Shown: piece by piece, positions 39,002-49,134 of the stretch | Layout: each line of letters begins with the position of its first letter | Numbering within the stretch: position 1 is the stretch's first letter | From: Bacillales bacterium UBA1188 | GTDB lineage: Bacteria > Bacillota_I > Bacilli_A > Izemoplasmatales > UBA1188 | Reading direction: 5' to 3' | Length of the DNA stretch: 64,000 nucleotides | NCBI GenBank assembly: GCA_002310135.1 | Contig: DBYK01000006.1 | Location: 25,195 to 89,194, forward strand | Notes under the pieces: generated by a model | Told to the model about the DNA's origin: nothing | Seen by the model: only the letters and a program-made list of their open reading frames with translations | Database searches by the model: none | Translations under genes and position numbers: made by a program

Positions 39002-41482
39002 ATGCAAAGATTTGCAAATGTTCAAAAGAACGCTGATGTAAGCAAGAGGGAACTTGAGAACAAAGAAGTTTCTTATAGAGCCGCTCTTGAAAGCATCGTT
39101 TTGCTTAAAAACGATGGTGCTCTTCCTCTAAAAGGAAAGAAAGTTGCTCTTTATGGAGCAGGTGTATCACAAACTATTAAAGGCGGTAGTGGATCTGGTG
39201 AAGTTAATGAAAGACATCCAATTACTATTCTTGAAGGTATGCAAAATGCAGGTTTTGAAATTGCTTCTATGCCATGGATTGAAGCATTTGAAAAAGAATG
39301 TGAAGATGCATATGTATACTACAAGAAACATCACAGAGGTTTAATTTCATTAATTAACTCAATGGCTAACCCATTTACACCTCCAGCAGGAAAAGAAATC
39401 ACTGATGAAGAAATCAAGGCAAGTGATTGCGATACTGCAATTTATGTTGTATCTCGTCAAGCAGGTGAAGGCGCTGATAAGAAGATTGAGAAAGGTGAAT
39501 TTGATCTTCAAGAAATTGAAATTAATTCAATTAAAAAGATGGCAGAATCTTATAAGAATTCAGTTTTAGTTATCAACTCTGGTTCTTATATGAGTTTATC
39601 AACTATTGATGATGTTAACTTATCTGCTATTATCTTCTTCTGTCAACAAGGCCAAGAAGGTGGTAGAGCTTTTGCTGACCTCGTTAGCGGTAAAGTTTCA
39701 CCAAGTGGTAAACTAACTGACTCTTGGGCAAAAGATTATAAAGATATTCCATATGCTGATGAATTCTCATATAGAAATGGTGATACAAAGAATGAATATT
39801 ATCATGAAGGCATCTATGTAGGTTATCGTTATTATGACACATATAAGGTTGAACCACGTTATCATTTTGGATTTGGCTTATCTTATACTACATTTGATAT
39901 AAAGACTGTAGCAGCTAATCTTGATGGCGCTAAAGTTAAATTAGATGTTGAAGTGTCTAATACTGGAAAATTCGCTGGTAAAGAAGTTGTACAAATCTAT
40001 GCAAGCGCTCCAAGTGGAGAACTTCCTAAAGAATATCAAAGATTAGTTACATACAAGAAGACTAAAGAATTAAAACCTGGCGAAAAACAAACATTAAGTT
40101 TTGAATTCTGTATGTGTGAATTATCATCATACAAAGAAGCTACTGCTGAATACATCCTTGAAAAAGGTGATTATATCATAAGAGTTGGTAATGCATCTAA
40201 TAATACTAAAGTTGGTGCAGTAATTACTCTTGATGAAACTAAAGTAACTCAAAAACTCAAAAACATCTGCAAGATTCAATCAGAATTTGAAGAATTAACT
40301 CCAGTTACAAGAGAAAACGAAGATAGCTTAGATGAAGCTTTCAAACTCGAAGTTAAAGCTGATGATATCAACACTAAAGTTGTTGAATATAAAGACCCAG
40401 AAATCTATCACAGCAAAGAAGTTGATGAGATAATGGCTAAATTAAATAATAAAGATAAAGCTACTATCTGCTGTGGTATGGGATTTGGTGGTATGATGTC
40501 AACAGATAAACTATTTACTCCTGGTGCTGTTGGAAGATCTACAGATAAATTCTATGATAAAGGCTTAATCAACATCAATATGGCTGATGGTCCTGCTGGA
40601 CTTAGATTATTAAGAGAATCAGCAATCACTCCAAAAGGAAAGCTCAAATTCGTAAGAGGAAGTTATCTAATGAGTTTCTGGAATACTATGCCAGAATTCA
40701 TTCTCAAATTCGTTCTTGAAAAAGAAGGAAGAGATGAAAGAATGTATCAATATTGTACTTCATTCCCAGTAGGTACTTCTATCGCTCAAACTTGGAACGA
40801 AGAATTATGTGAAGAAATTGGTGCTGCAGTATCTAAAGAAATGGATGAATACAATATCACATATTGGCTTGCTCCTGCATTAAATATTCATAGAAACCCA
40901 CTTTGTGGACGTAACTTTGAATATTATTCTGAAGATCCAGTTGTATCTGGTAAAACTGCTGCTGCTATTACAAGAGGTGTTCATACTATTCCTGGTAACT
41001 ACACAACAATCAAACACTTCGCATGTAATAACCAAGAAGACAACAGAAACAATTCTAACTCACGTGTTCATGAAAGAGCTTTAAGAGAAATTTACTTAAA
41101 GGGCTTTGAAATTTGTGTTAAAGAATCTCATGTTAAATCAGTAATGACATCATATAACCTAATCAATGGTGTATATACTCCAGATTCATATGATTTATGC
41201 ACAATGGCACTTAGAAATGAATGGGGATTTGATGGCGTTGTTATGACTGACTGGTCTAGTACAGTTGGTGGACATGGTCAAACAGATGTTGCTGTTGCAA
41301 TTGGTAACGACTACATCATGCCAGGTGGTGGCGGATGTGTAAACAAAGTTGCATCAGGCGTTAGAAAAGGTGTAATCACTCAAGAACAATTAGATAGAGC
41401 ATGCGCTAATATTATTAGAAGTGTAGTTGAATCTAATGTTGCAAAAAAGATTAAACCTGATATGTTTAAAGAAGAAAAATAA
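39002..41482 (+). CDS. GH3 beta-glucosidase with permuted domain order
   Basis: IVLLKND and GGSGSG first, YHFGFGLSY and Fn3 in the middle, then ADGPAG, GRNFEYYSEDP, KHF, VMTDW barrel; no signal peptide. Confidence 0.92.
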   Translation: MQRFANVQKNADVSKRELENKEVSYRAALESIVLLKNDGALPLKGKKVALYGAGVSQTIKGGSGSGEVNERHPITILEGMQNAGFEIASMPWIEAFEKECEDAYVYYKKHHRGLISLINSMANPFTPPAGKEITDEEIKASDCDTAIYVVSRQAGEGADKKIEKGEFDLQEIEINSIKKMAESYKNSVLVINSGSYMSLSTIDDVNLSAIIFFCQQGQEGGRAFADLVSGKVSPSGKLTDSWAKDYKDIPYADEFSYRNGDTKNEYYHEGIYVGYRYYDTYKVEPRYHFGFGLSYTTFDIKTVAANLDGAKVKLDVEVSNTGKFAGKEVVQIYASAPSGELPKEYQRLVTYKKTKELKPGEKQTLSFEFCMCELSSYKEATAEYILEKGDYIIRVGNASNNTKVGAVITLDETKVTQKLKNICKIQSEFEELTPVTRENEDSLDEAFKLEVKADDINTKVVEYKDPEIYHSKEVDEIMAKLNNKDKATICCGMGFGGMMSTDKLFTPGAVGRSTDKFYDKGLININMADGPAGLRLLRESAITPKGKLKFVRGSYLMSFWNTMPEFILKFVLEKEGRDERMYQYCTSFPVGTSIAQTWNEELCEEIGAAVSKEMDEYNITYWLAPALNIHRNPLCGRNFEYYSEDPVVSGKTAAAITRGVHTIPGNYTTIKHFACNNQEDNRNNSNSRVHERALREIYLKGFEICVKESHVKSVMTSYNLINGVYTPDSYDLCTMALRNEWGFDGVVMTDWSSTVGGHGQTDVAVAIGNDYIMPGGGGCVNKVASGVRKGVITQEQLDRACANIIRSVVESNVAKKIKPDMFKEEK

Positions 41483-41496
41483 CACATATAAAAAAT

Positions 41497-41528
41497 AAAG
41501 AAGATTTCGCTTGAAATCTTCTTTTTTT
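41497..41528. terminator. Bidirectional terminator between GH3 and GH43
   Basis: AAAGAAGATTTC-GCTT-GAAATCTTCTTT. Confidence 0.75.
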
Positions 41529-42969
41529 ATTCTATTAAAGTAAATTCTTTAAAATCTAATTTGCCTTTTCCTTGATATTTAAAATATAGTGCACATCTAT
41601 TGCTGCTCACATTTATTTTATTACTAAATGATACATATTCTAAAGATTTATTTATATCTATTATAGTTATAGGTTCACTATCTTTTTCTAAGGATATTAA
41701 AAACCTTCCTTTGGCTCTTCCCTTAACTAACACAGATATCTCTTTTGTTTTGCTTAAATCAAAATATTTAAAACCTACAATAGTCCCATCACTTATATCT
41801 TTAATATATTGATCTCCATCACTCTCTCTGTCTTTCCCAGTTTGAGTGAAATGAGGTTCATTAAAATGCGTGAATCTAAATACACCATAAAACCTATTTC
41901 CACCTTTTTTGATTAAAGATGATGCGATTCTTGCTTCATATGTTCCATGTCCACTAAGCACATCGCCATTAAAACTAAGTGATGTTCTTTCTGCTTGAAT
42001 GAAGTATCCATTCTCATCCATCTTTATTTCTTCAGCACATGCTTGTCTTGAGAAATCATGTTTATTTGTTTGTCTATGATAAAAAACATAATATTTATCT
42101 TTAATCTTGATTAGGGAACCATGAGTGTTTCCAGTAAAATCACCTGCATTTTTAGGGTTAGTATATCCAAAAAGACCAATATCACCATTTGAAACTAAAG
42201 TTCCACCAAATTCAAATGGTCCTTTAGGATTAGAAGATATTCCATAACATAGTTCATGACCTAGGCTTGAAGAATATATAAAATAATATTTATTATTAAA
42301 TTTTCTCATTGAAGATGCTTCAAAGAAAGGATGATCTTTAAAAGATGAACCCATACTATTACATTTTGATGGTACACCTATATATTCTAAATCTCCTTTA
42401 ACTGTCAACATATCATCTTCAAGTTCAAAAACGAATGCACCCATCTTAGTAGGATTCTTCTTTCCCATTAGTGGAGTTTTTTTATCTATTCCAAATCCTA
42501 AATAAATATAAATCTTATCGTCATCATCTCTAAATAATCCAGGATCAAATAATAATGGTTCATTTTTACTTCCAAGTATTGTCCCATCTTTATATCTTAA
42601 ATCACCATAATATTCAAATTTTCCACTTGGACTATTTGATACAGCACAGGATATAATTCCTCTAAATCCAATGAAATAATAAAGGTAATATTTATTATCT
42701 TTACCTTTTACTACATCAGGAGCGTACATAGAATTAATAATGCCTTTATTTTTTCTTGGATCTTGACTTTTCTTATAGATTATTCCTTCATATCTCCATT
42801 CTTTTAAATTATCTATGCTTGCGCTATATGAAACATAGTCATTTAAGCAAAATGACTTACCATTGAATTTATCATGAGAACCATAGATATAAACTCTTCC
42901 ATCAAATATATGTGGTTCAGCATCTGGAATATATTCATATGATGGAAGATATGGATTAAATACTTGCAT
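41527..42969 (-). CDS. GH43 glycoside hydrolase with C-terminal CBM6-like module
   Basis: IPDAEPH, YAPDV, FDPG, FFEASS, NTHGS, YVFYHR; GFKYFD C-terminal domain. Confidence 0.88.
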   Translation of the reverse strand: MQVFNPYLPSYEYIPDAEPHIFDGRVYIYGSHDKFNGKSFCLNDYVSYSASIDNLKEWRYEGIIYKKSQDPRKNKGIINSMYAPDVVKGKDNKYYLYYFIGFRGIISCAVSNSPSGKFEYYGDLRYKDGTILGSKNEPLLFDPGLFRDDDDKIYIYLGFGIDKKTPLMGKKNPTKMGAFVFELEDDMLTVKGDLEYIGVPSKCNSMGSSFKDHPFFEASSMRKFNNKYYFIYSSSLGHELCYGISSNPKGPFEFGGTLVSNGDIGLFGYTNPKNAGDFTGNTHGSLIKIKDKYYVFYHRQTNKHDFSRQACAEEIKMDENGYFIQAERTSLSFNGDVLSGHGTYEARIASSLIKKGGNRFYGVFRFTHFNEPHFTQTGKDRESDGDQYIKDISDGTIVGFKYFDLSKTKEISVLVKGRAKGRFLISLEKDSEPITIIDINKSLEYVSFSNKINVSSNRCALYFKYQGKGKLDFKEFTLIE

Positions 42970-42976
42970 AAAACTC

Positions 42977-43768
42977 CTATTTCTTAATTAATTTCTTAAT
43001 AATCGCTAATTGAACTCTCTTTGGAAGCATAGATAAAAGTAATAATTTAAAATTTAAATTAATTTTATATAGTAGTTTAGGTTTATCTTTGTTTTCAATT
43101 TTAAGAAGTAGCTTCGCAAGTTTAATTGGTTTAATAGTTTTAGATTCATTATTTTTAACTATCTTCATAAACTTTGAAGCATTTTCTTTGTAAAGGATTG
43201 TCTCCTTTTCTATTCTTTCGACATTTCTGATAGAATCATCAATTAATCCTGTATCAATTGCCCCAGGTCTTACAACCACAACTTTTATATCTAATAAATT
43301 TAATTCTTGTCTTAAAGATATAGCATAATTTTCTAAAGTGTTTTTTGTTAAAGAATATATACCATTAAATGGAAGCGGATCAAGTGGCGCAACTTCACTA
43401 GATATAATAATTATTTTTCCATTCTTTTTAATTAAAGGAAAGAAATGTTTATTAACTAGATATACACTGAAGAAATTAATATCGAATACTTTTTTAAGTT
43501 TATCTTCACTAATTTCAATAAAACTATCCATATAATATGTGCCACTTAAATGTATTATGGCATCTATCATACATTCACCCTTAATTTCTTCATACACCTT
43601 ATTAATTTCTTTAGGATTAGTTAAATCACATTTAAAGAATTTAACATTTTCTATATCTTCTAATTCTTTAATATCAAGTGCATAAACAAAATAATTATTT
43701 GATGCGAATAATTTAGTAACTTCTTTTCCTATTCCGCCTGATGCGCCAGTAATTATAATGTTTTTCAT
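42977..43768 (-). CDS. SDR-family NAD(P)-dependent oxidoreductase
   Basis: TGASGGIG, ISSE, YSLTK, RPGAIDT. Confidence 0.9.
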   Translation of the reverse strand: MKNIIITGASGGIGKEVTKLFASNNYFVYALDIKELEDIENVKFFKCDLTNPKEINKVYEEIKGECMIDAIIHLSGTYYMDSFIEISEDKLKKVFDINFFSVYLVNKHFFPLIKKNGKIIIISSEVAPLDPLPFNGIYSLTKNTLENYAISLRQELNLLDIKVVVVRPGAIDTGLIDDSIRNVERIEKETILYKENASKFMKIVKNNESKTIKPIKLAKLLLKIENKDKPKLLYKINLNFKLLLLSMLPKRVQLAIIKKLIKK

Positions 43769-43978
43769 ATATTTCACCTTAATAAATCTTCTAACACAAA
43801 TATTTGATTATCAGTTAAAGAATCTTGAAGCAAATGTATGTTTATAAACCCTTTAAACTTTTAGGTTTATTTTTTTATTGGAATTGTTGTAAGGCCTTCT
43901 TTAGAAGCTTCTTTTTTGCAACAATTATAACATTTGCAGTATGTGCACTACCATCCTTAGCTGTTAATTTAACCTATA

Positions 43979-44717
43979 TTAATTACAATTTAATAATGAT
44001 TTTAATAATTCATCTATTATATTATTGTCAGATTCGCTAATACTAAAAATCTTTTTTCCTAAATCTTTTATTGAATATCCTAAATGATATATTTTGCATC
44101 TATCTATAATAATATATCTATCATGGACAATTTTAGTATCATATATTTTCAAATAAAGATTGAACAAAAGAATACGCGTCATAAAAGTCTCCATTGAAGA
44201 ATAATTGAGACTTCTTACCATCTAAACCTCTATTCCCTTTTTCAATCACACTTACTCTTTCATCGAGTGATTCAACTTTGTTTATTAATCTAGCATAATT
44301 GTCATTGGTTATTAGCGTTCTATTTTCGTCAATTACATAGCCTTTTAATAAGTAATCTCGTAAAATAGTATTGGCCCATTGTCGAAAATGAACACCAACA
44401 ATAGAGTTAACTCTATATCCAACAGAAATAATAACATCTAAATTAAAATATTTTACATTTACTATGGTTTTTCTATCGTTATTTGTCCTTGGATCATATT
44501 TATTTAGCTCAGTTGCAAAAAATGCAACACAGCTGGCTTCACTTAATTCACCTGATTTAAATATATTACTTATATGTCGAGATATAACAGACTTATCTCT
44601 TAAAAACAATTTGCTCATTTCATCAATCGTTAGCCAAATTGTGTTTTCTAAAGGAGATACTTTAACATCTAATTCAAAATTATTATCTATGTATTTTATT
44701 AATTCAATTAGATTGAG
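43979..44717 (-). pseudogene. rhuM: RhuM-family protein pseudogene (no start codon, frameshift or deletion near 44145)
   Basis: ELIKYIDNNFELDVKVSPLENTIWLT..SVISRHISNIF..YFNLDVIISVGYRVNS..FRQWAN; ends SLFENI*; a second frame continues HDRYIIID..YHLGYSIKDLGKK. Confidence 0.8.
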
Positions 44718-47700
44718 TTACTCCTTATTATCCATTAGAGGAGGATCTTTTGGAGGTGTCATTGTAACTGTAGCACAAGGGACACTGCTAAATAGTGAAT
44801 CATAAATATAATAGAAGAATGCATTAGGATTCATCATATTAGCAGTATATTCTAATGATTTTAAGACATCGATTGATAGAGAATACTCTTGTTCGAAAAC
44901 TGTGAAATGTAGATTTATAAGGAGGCGATTATCCTTAATTTGGAATCCTGATTCAGATTGAATAAATTCATCATGGATTTCACCTGTTATTTCCATAAGT
45001 TTTTCAACACCTTTACCGAATAATCCTTCAATAACTTTTTGAAGAAACTCATTGGTTATAATTGCTTTAGAAGTTAGTTTTCCTAAAGTAGCAGATGATA
45101 AATTCTTTTTAAGAAATGCGTAACAGTATTCTCCTAATTTTGTTCGCCACTGAGGACTATACTCAGTCATAGCTCCAAGTAGATGTGATGCTATCGCTTT
45201 AAGACCAGTTGATGTTAAATCAGAGAATGTCTTCATTAATGCTCCATAAATATCGAACTTGTCTTCTTCGCGCAAGATCATATAGAAATTCTTCATAGCT
45301 GCCCAAACACAATACATTCCAAGGATTTGAGCTGCCTTCTTCATATCAGTTAGTTTTAAATCTTTAAGAATTAGGTTTTCACCAGCAGCAAAGAAATTCT
45401 TGGAAAATTCAAATTTATCGAAGTCGATCGATTCGTGTCTAACAACTGCAGCAACTGTTTCCCCAATTGCACTAACTAGAAAATCTTTTGTTGGGGTAAT
45501 GATTGCTTCAGCTACTGGGCCTGCATAGGTACTAACAAGATAAGAGAATGCACAATCACCAACAAATTTTACCCATTCGAGTTGGTTAACAATCTTATCA
45601 TACAATTCCGCATCATTACGTGCCGCATGGCCCATACTAGTCCAATAGTCCATATATTGGCGGATAACGTATTTGCTTGCTAGTCTTAAATCTTTAACAT
45701 CTGGCTTTGGATCTTTACAAGCTACTTCTTCTAACTTGCAAAGCCATTTACCCCTATTTTCAGGAGTAGTATATTGTTCTACTCTTTCTTTAAGCTTTTG
45801 ATATTCTTTATCCCAAGCTTCCATCGCATCCATATTCTTACCTTCTAAGCGAAGAGGGATCTCGGCTTTATATGAATAATCTTGGAATTTACCTTCTACT
45901 GGTAGCATAACAACAAAGTAAGATCCATCAGTTGGTTCGCATAAAACGGCTTGTGGCATAAATGTGTAACGATATTCATCGTTCCAAATCTCGCCTTCAC
46001 CTTTATACTCATATTTTTGGGCAATTGATTCTTCCACATCTACCTTAGATCCAATTCCACCACCACCAACTAATTTTTCAAAAGTGAATTCTTTTCCTTC
46101 TGGATTAATAATTGAGTGATCCTTAGCTTTGATTGCTAGATTAAGTGTAAACTGGCTAGCTTGATATTCGCTATCAAGGTCACCACGGCTTTCCTTAACA
46201 AAGGCTTGAACGTGGATAAACTGCTTATCATTTTTCTTTTCTATATCCTTAGAAACAACACTAATGCCTTCTGGATATAGTTTTACAACAACATAACCTT
46301 TAATTGGTTCTTTTTCACCTTCCGCAGTCACTTCAACTTCAAAACGGTCTTCTTTGACGCCTGTAAAGATATCATCTTCTACTTCGGCTTTCGTTTTATT
46401 CTTAACTGACATCTTATAAACATAAGGTTCTTCTGTTGTAGCAAACTCGACTTCATAATTATTAGCATTAACAGCACGAATATCTTTTAATTCTGGTGGT
46501 GTTACTACATCGTTAACAATAAACTTGGCATCATATGTGAAGTTATCACCAGTTATCATATAAAGTCCAAGATTTATATTTCGGTAAACATTACCATCTT
46601 GAGCCTCAAGCAAGAATTCTAGATTCGCACTATCAACTACTCTAAAGTTAATTGTGTTTTCAAAAACTCCACCTTCACCAGTAAATGTAAAGTTAATTGC
46701 GGCTATATCTTTATCATAGTTTTCTTCAACCCTAACTGTTGCCTCACAATACTTGCCAACATAATCAACTTTTTCAATTACCATTCCATCAGCACTGACG
46801 GTAATTTTACGAGTTAAATCATTACGCTCGTGCTCTTTACCAAACTCATCAATTTCGGCCATTCTAGCTCTAATGATGGATGGTTTCTTAGAACCCTTCC
46901 TTATTGCATCACCAAAATCTTTTTGAACATACATCTTATATGATTTACGCTTTTTATCAGCTTCAGTGGCATCACCACTTTGACCACCAGCAGCACCACT
47001 AGCAATAGCTATGCCAATTAAGGCAGTGCCTGCTGTTAAAACACCAATTACTATTGCGCCAGGAATTGATACGCCACCATCTTCACCTGTTGTAACAAGT
47101 GCATTTGATATAGCACCAGTTTTAGCACCTTTAGGAAGCACACCTGCGATTCTAAAATAAATAGTAAGATAAGAATTATTAACCTCTTTTGTTCTAGTAT
47201 GAAATGCAGCATAGAAAATTTTATTACCATTATCATCTTCATAATCATAATAACTGCTATAGCATCTTCCGTCATCACGTGTAATGAGATCATAGACCTT
47301 TGGCTCTTCATCCCAAGTGCCATTATATGCTTTTGTTTTGCTAAATCTTCCCTTTGTATCAGCATAAATGCTATAGCAATCATGTGTAACACCAGGTACT
47401 TGTTTAAAAGTAACATTTGATACCGTAATAGTCATTTCATTTTTATATTCGCGCGTATCTCCTGCCATCATACTACCTTCAGGATAAGTATGTTTTCGAT
47501 AATAAGTGCCGGATGCTGTAACTCCACCTGCATGTTTTTGTTTTAAAGTTACAGCAAAAGAAGATGGAGTGCTAGTCATTGTTTGAGTGATTTGAGTATT
47601 TTGAGTTTCTTCCGCTTTCTTTCCATATATATAGCCATCATTATCCTTTACATAATCAAAGACAAGATACACGCCATCAATTAAAGCATAGTTAAATAAT

Positions 47701-47873
47701 TGATTTACAGTTTGTACATCAGTTTTATACTCTTCTCTATATCCAAACATAGATTGAGGAGTTACAAAGCCTTTAGGTAGACTTACTTCTTCTTCCGCAT
47801 GTACAACTGTCAACGGAACAACGCAAATAAAGATACCTAATACAATTGACATTAAAATAAACCTTAGTCTCAT
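44718..47873 (-). CDS. Large hypothetical single-pass membrane protein (1051 aa)
   Basis: Signal peptide (VHA), about 240-aa extracellular part, Gly/Ala-rich TM then KKRK, long cytoplasmic region; ATGA overlap with the upstream gene. Confidence 0.8.
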   Translation of the reverse strand: MRLRFILMSIVLGIFICVVPLTVVHAEEEVSLPKGFVTPQSMFGYREEYKTDVQTVNQLFNYALIDGVYLVFDYVKDNDGYIYGKKAEETQNTQITQTMTSTPSSFAVTLKQKHAGGVTASGTYYRKHTYPEGSMMAGDTREYKNEMTITVSNVTFKQVPGVTHDCYSIYADTKGRFSKTKAYNGTWDEEPKVYDLITRDDGRCYSSYYDYEDDNGNKIFYAAFHTRTKEVNNSYLTIYFRIAGVLPKGAKTGAISNALVTTGEDGGVSIPGAIVIGVLTAGTALIGIAIASGAAGGQSGDATEADKKRKSYKMYVQKDFGDAIRKGSKKPSIIRARMAEIDEFGKEHERNDLTRKITVSADGMVIEKVDYVGKYCEATVRVEENYDKDIAAINFTFTGEGGVFENTINFRVVDSANLEFLLEAQDGNVYRNINLGLYMITGDNFTYDAKFIVNDVVTPPELKDIRAVNANNYEVEFATTEEPYVYKMSVKNKTKAEVEDDIFTGVKEDRFEVEVTAEGEKEPIKGYVVVKLYPEGISVVSKDIEKKNDKQFIHVQAFVKESRGDLDSEYQASQFTLNLAIKAKDHSIINPEGKEFTFEKLVGGGGIGSKVDVEESIAQKYEYKGEGEIWNDEYRYTFMPQAVLCEPTDGSYFVVMLPVEGKFQDYSYKAEIPLRLEGKNMDAMEAWDKEYQKLKERVEQYTTPENRGKWLCKLEEVACKDPKPDVKDLRLASKYVIRQYMDYWTSMGHAARNDAELYDKIVNQLEWVKFVGDCAFSYLVSTYAGPVAEAIITPTKDFLVSAIGETVAAVVRHESIDFDKFEFSKNFFAAGENLILKDLKLTDMKKAAQILGMYCVWAAMKNFYMILREEDKFDIYGALMKTFSDLTSTGLKAIASHLLGAMTEYSPQWRTKLGEYCYAFLKKNLSSATLGKLTSKAIITNEFLQKVIEGLFGKGVEKLMEITGEIHDEFIQSESGFQIKDNRLLINLHFTVFEQEYSLSIDVLKSLEYTANMMNPNAFFYYIYDSLFSSVPCATVTMTPPKDPPLMDNKE

Positions 47874-48769
47874 TTTGCTTGCTCCTTTCCTAGTTTAACG
47901 GCGCCTGTAGCTTGAAGAATCGTCATAACAGTACCGCCAACAACTAAAATAGAACCAAGGATAATCAAAACAAGATTAACATTAATTAAGCCAATTAAAG
48001 CTGAAGCCATAAGGCCAGTTGATAGCCCACGCACACACCCAGCAACCTCTGGGGATGCTTTTTCCTTTCCTTTGGAAACAAAGGAAGCAATAAACATTTG
48101 AAGAAAGCCACAGTTTAGGGCAGCTCTAGCTGCTAAATATGCGGTTGCGATTCCTCCCATGAATGATATTCTTGTTGCTCCTCCTGAAATAAAGAGGAAG
48201 AAAAACATTGCTACGCCAATACCTAGAAGGTATACCCACAAAGTATCTTTTCCGACGCCAAAAGAACCTATAATCGTTTCTTTAAAACTTCTTTTCTCAC
48301 CTTTATTTTTATGCTTAAAAAGATCAACGAAAACAACTACTACCCCTGCAAAAAGTCCTTTACCAATAATGCCGCCAACTGCACCAATAAATCCACCATG
48401 CGTTCCCGCATCAGCGAATGTTAAAAAGGAAATAGTTTTAATAGCCAAATTATCAATACCACTGGATTGAAGAATATTAATAACTAGCCACATAATTACT
48501 AAAATGAGCGCTGGTAACAAACTAAGCGGTTTTTTCAAAACGCGCTTAAAAGACATTCCAAGCGACTTAAAGCCATAACCTATTACTTTGCCTGGACCTG
48601 GAATTTTACCTGCCACTTCTTTTATTGCTTTTACTTCAACACTTCCAAGTTCGGTTTCACCTGTTTCGTTTGAGGCAATAAATTTTTCGTCTTTCGATTC
48701 AACAAGACTTTCGTTTGTAGCAATATCAGAAGTAGTTTCTTTACTTGTATTATCGATGCCATCAACCAT
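47870..48769 (-). CDS. Hypothetical polytopic membrane protein
   Basis: RBS AAGGAGG; acidic N-terminus, then several Gly-rich hydrophobic helices (GGFIGAVGGIIGKG). Confidence 0.8.
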   Translation of the reverse strand: MVDGIDNTSKETTSDIATNESLVESKDEKFIASNETGETELGSVEVKAIKEVAGKIPGPGKVIGYGFKSLGMSFKRVLKKPLSLLPALILVIMWLVINILQSSGIDNLAIKTISFLTFADAGTHGGFIGAVGGIIGKGLFAGVVVVFVDLFKHKNKGEKRSFKETIIGSFGVGKDTLWVYLLGIGVAMFFFLFISGGATRISFMGGIATAYLAARAALNCGFLQMFIASFVSKGKEKASPEVAGCVRGLSTGLMASALIGLINVNLVLIILGSILVVGGTVMTILQATGAVKLGKEQAK

Positions 48770-48918
48770 TGTAGAGCCTCCTTCCTTTTTGATCTATAGC
48801 TTCGCCTGAAAATATTACCTAATCTAGTTGTGTTTTAGAAAGGCTAATCTCTATAATCATATTATACTAATTATAATCTTCCTTTTGCAACAATATCCCT
48901 TTACTTCATCAAATTAAT

Positions 48919-48945
48919 AAAAAAGTTGATACCTTTGTATCAACT
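48919..48945 (-). terminator. Terminator after tRNA-Ser
   Basis: AGTTGATAC/GTATCAACT stem with a T-run on the minus strand. Confidence 0.75.
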
Positions 48946-48956
48946 ATTATATCTCT

Positions 48957-49047
48957 TGGCGGAGCAGGGGAGGTTTGAACTCCCGCACCGGTCTCCCGAT
49001 CTACACGCTTAGCAAGCGCGCCTCTTCAACCACTTGAGTACTGCTCC
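48957..49047 (-). tRNA. tRNA-Ser (GCT)
   Basis: GGAGCAGTACTCAAGTGGTTGAAGAGGCGCGCTT-GCT-AAGCGTGTAG, long variable arm, GTTCAAA T-loop, CTGCTCCGCCA with encoded CCA. Confidence 0.96.
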
Positions 49048-49108
49048 AAACGCAAGAATATTGTATATTATATAGTTATAAAAATCAAGAAATAAATTAG
49101 GGAAAATT

Positions 49109-49134
49109 AATAGAGCTGGATGTCCAGCTCTATT
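49109..49134 (-). terminator. Hairpin terminator after tex
   Basis: AATAGAGCTGGA/TCCAGCTCTATT. Confidence 0.7.

Noticed and set aside
43979-44221. 80-aa ORF as an independent gene or programmed frameshift
   Set aside because: Only its second half is RhuM-like and sequence appears missing at the junction; better explained as pseudogene decay
43780-48960. Classical tRNA-integrated element with attL/attR
   Set aside because: No duplicate of the tRNA-Ser 3' end found, the tRNA terminator is intact and there is no integrase
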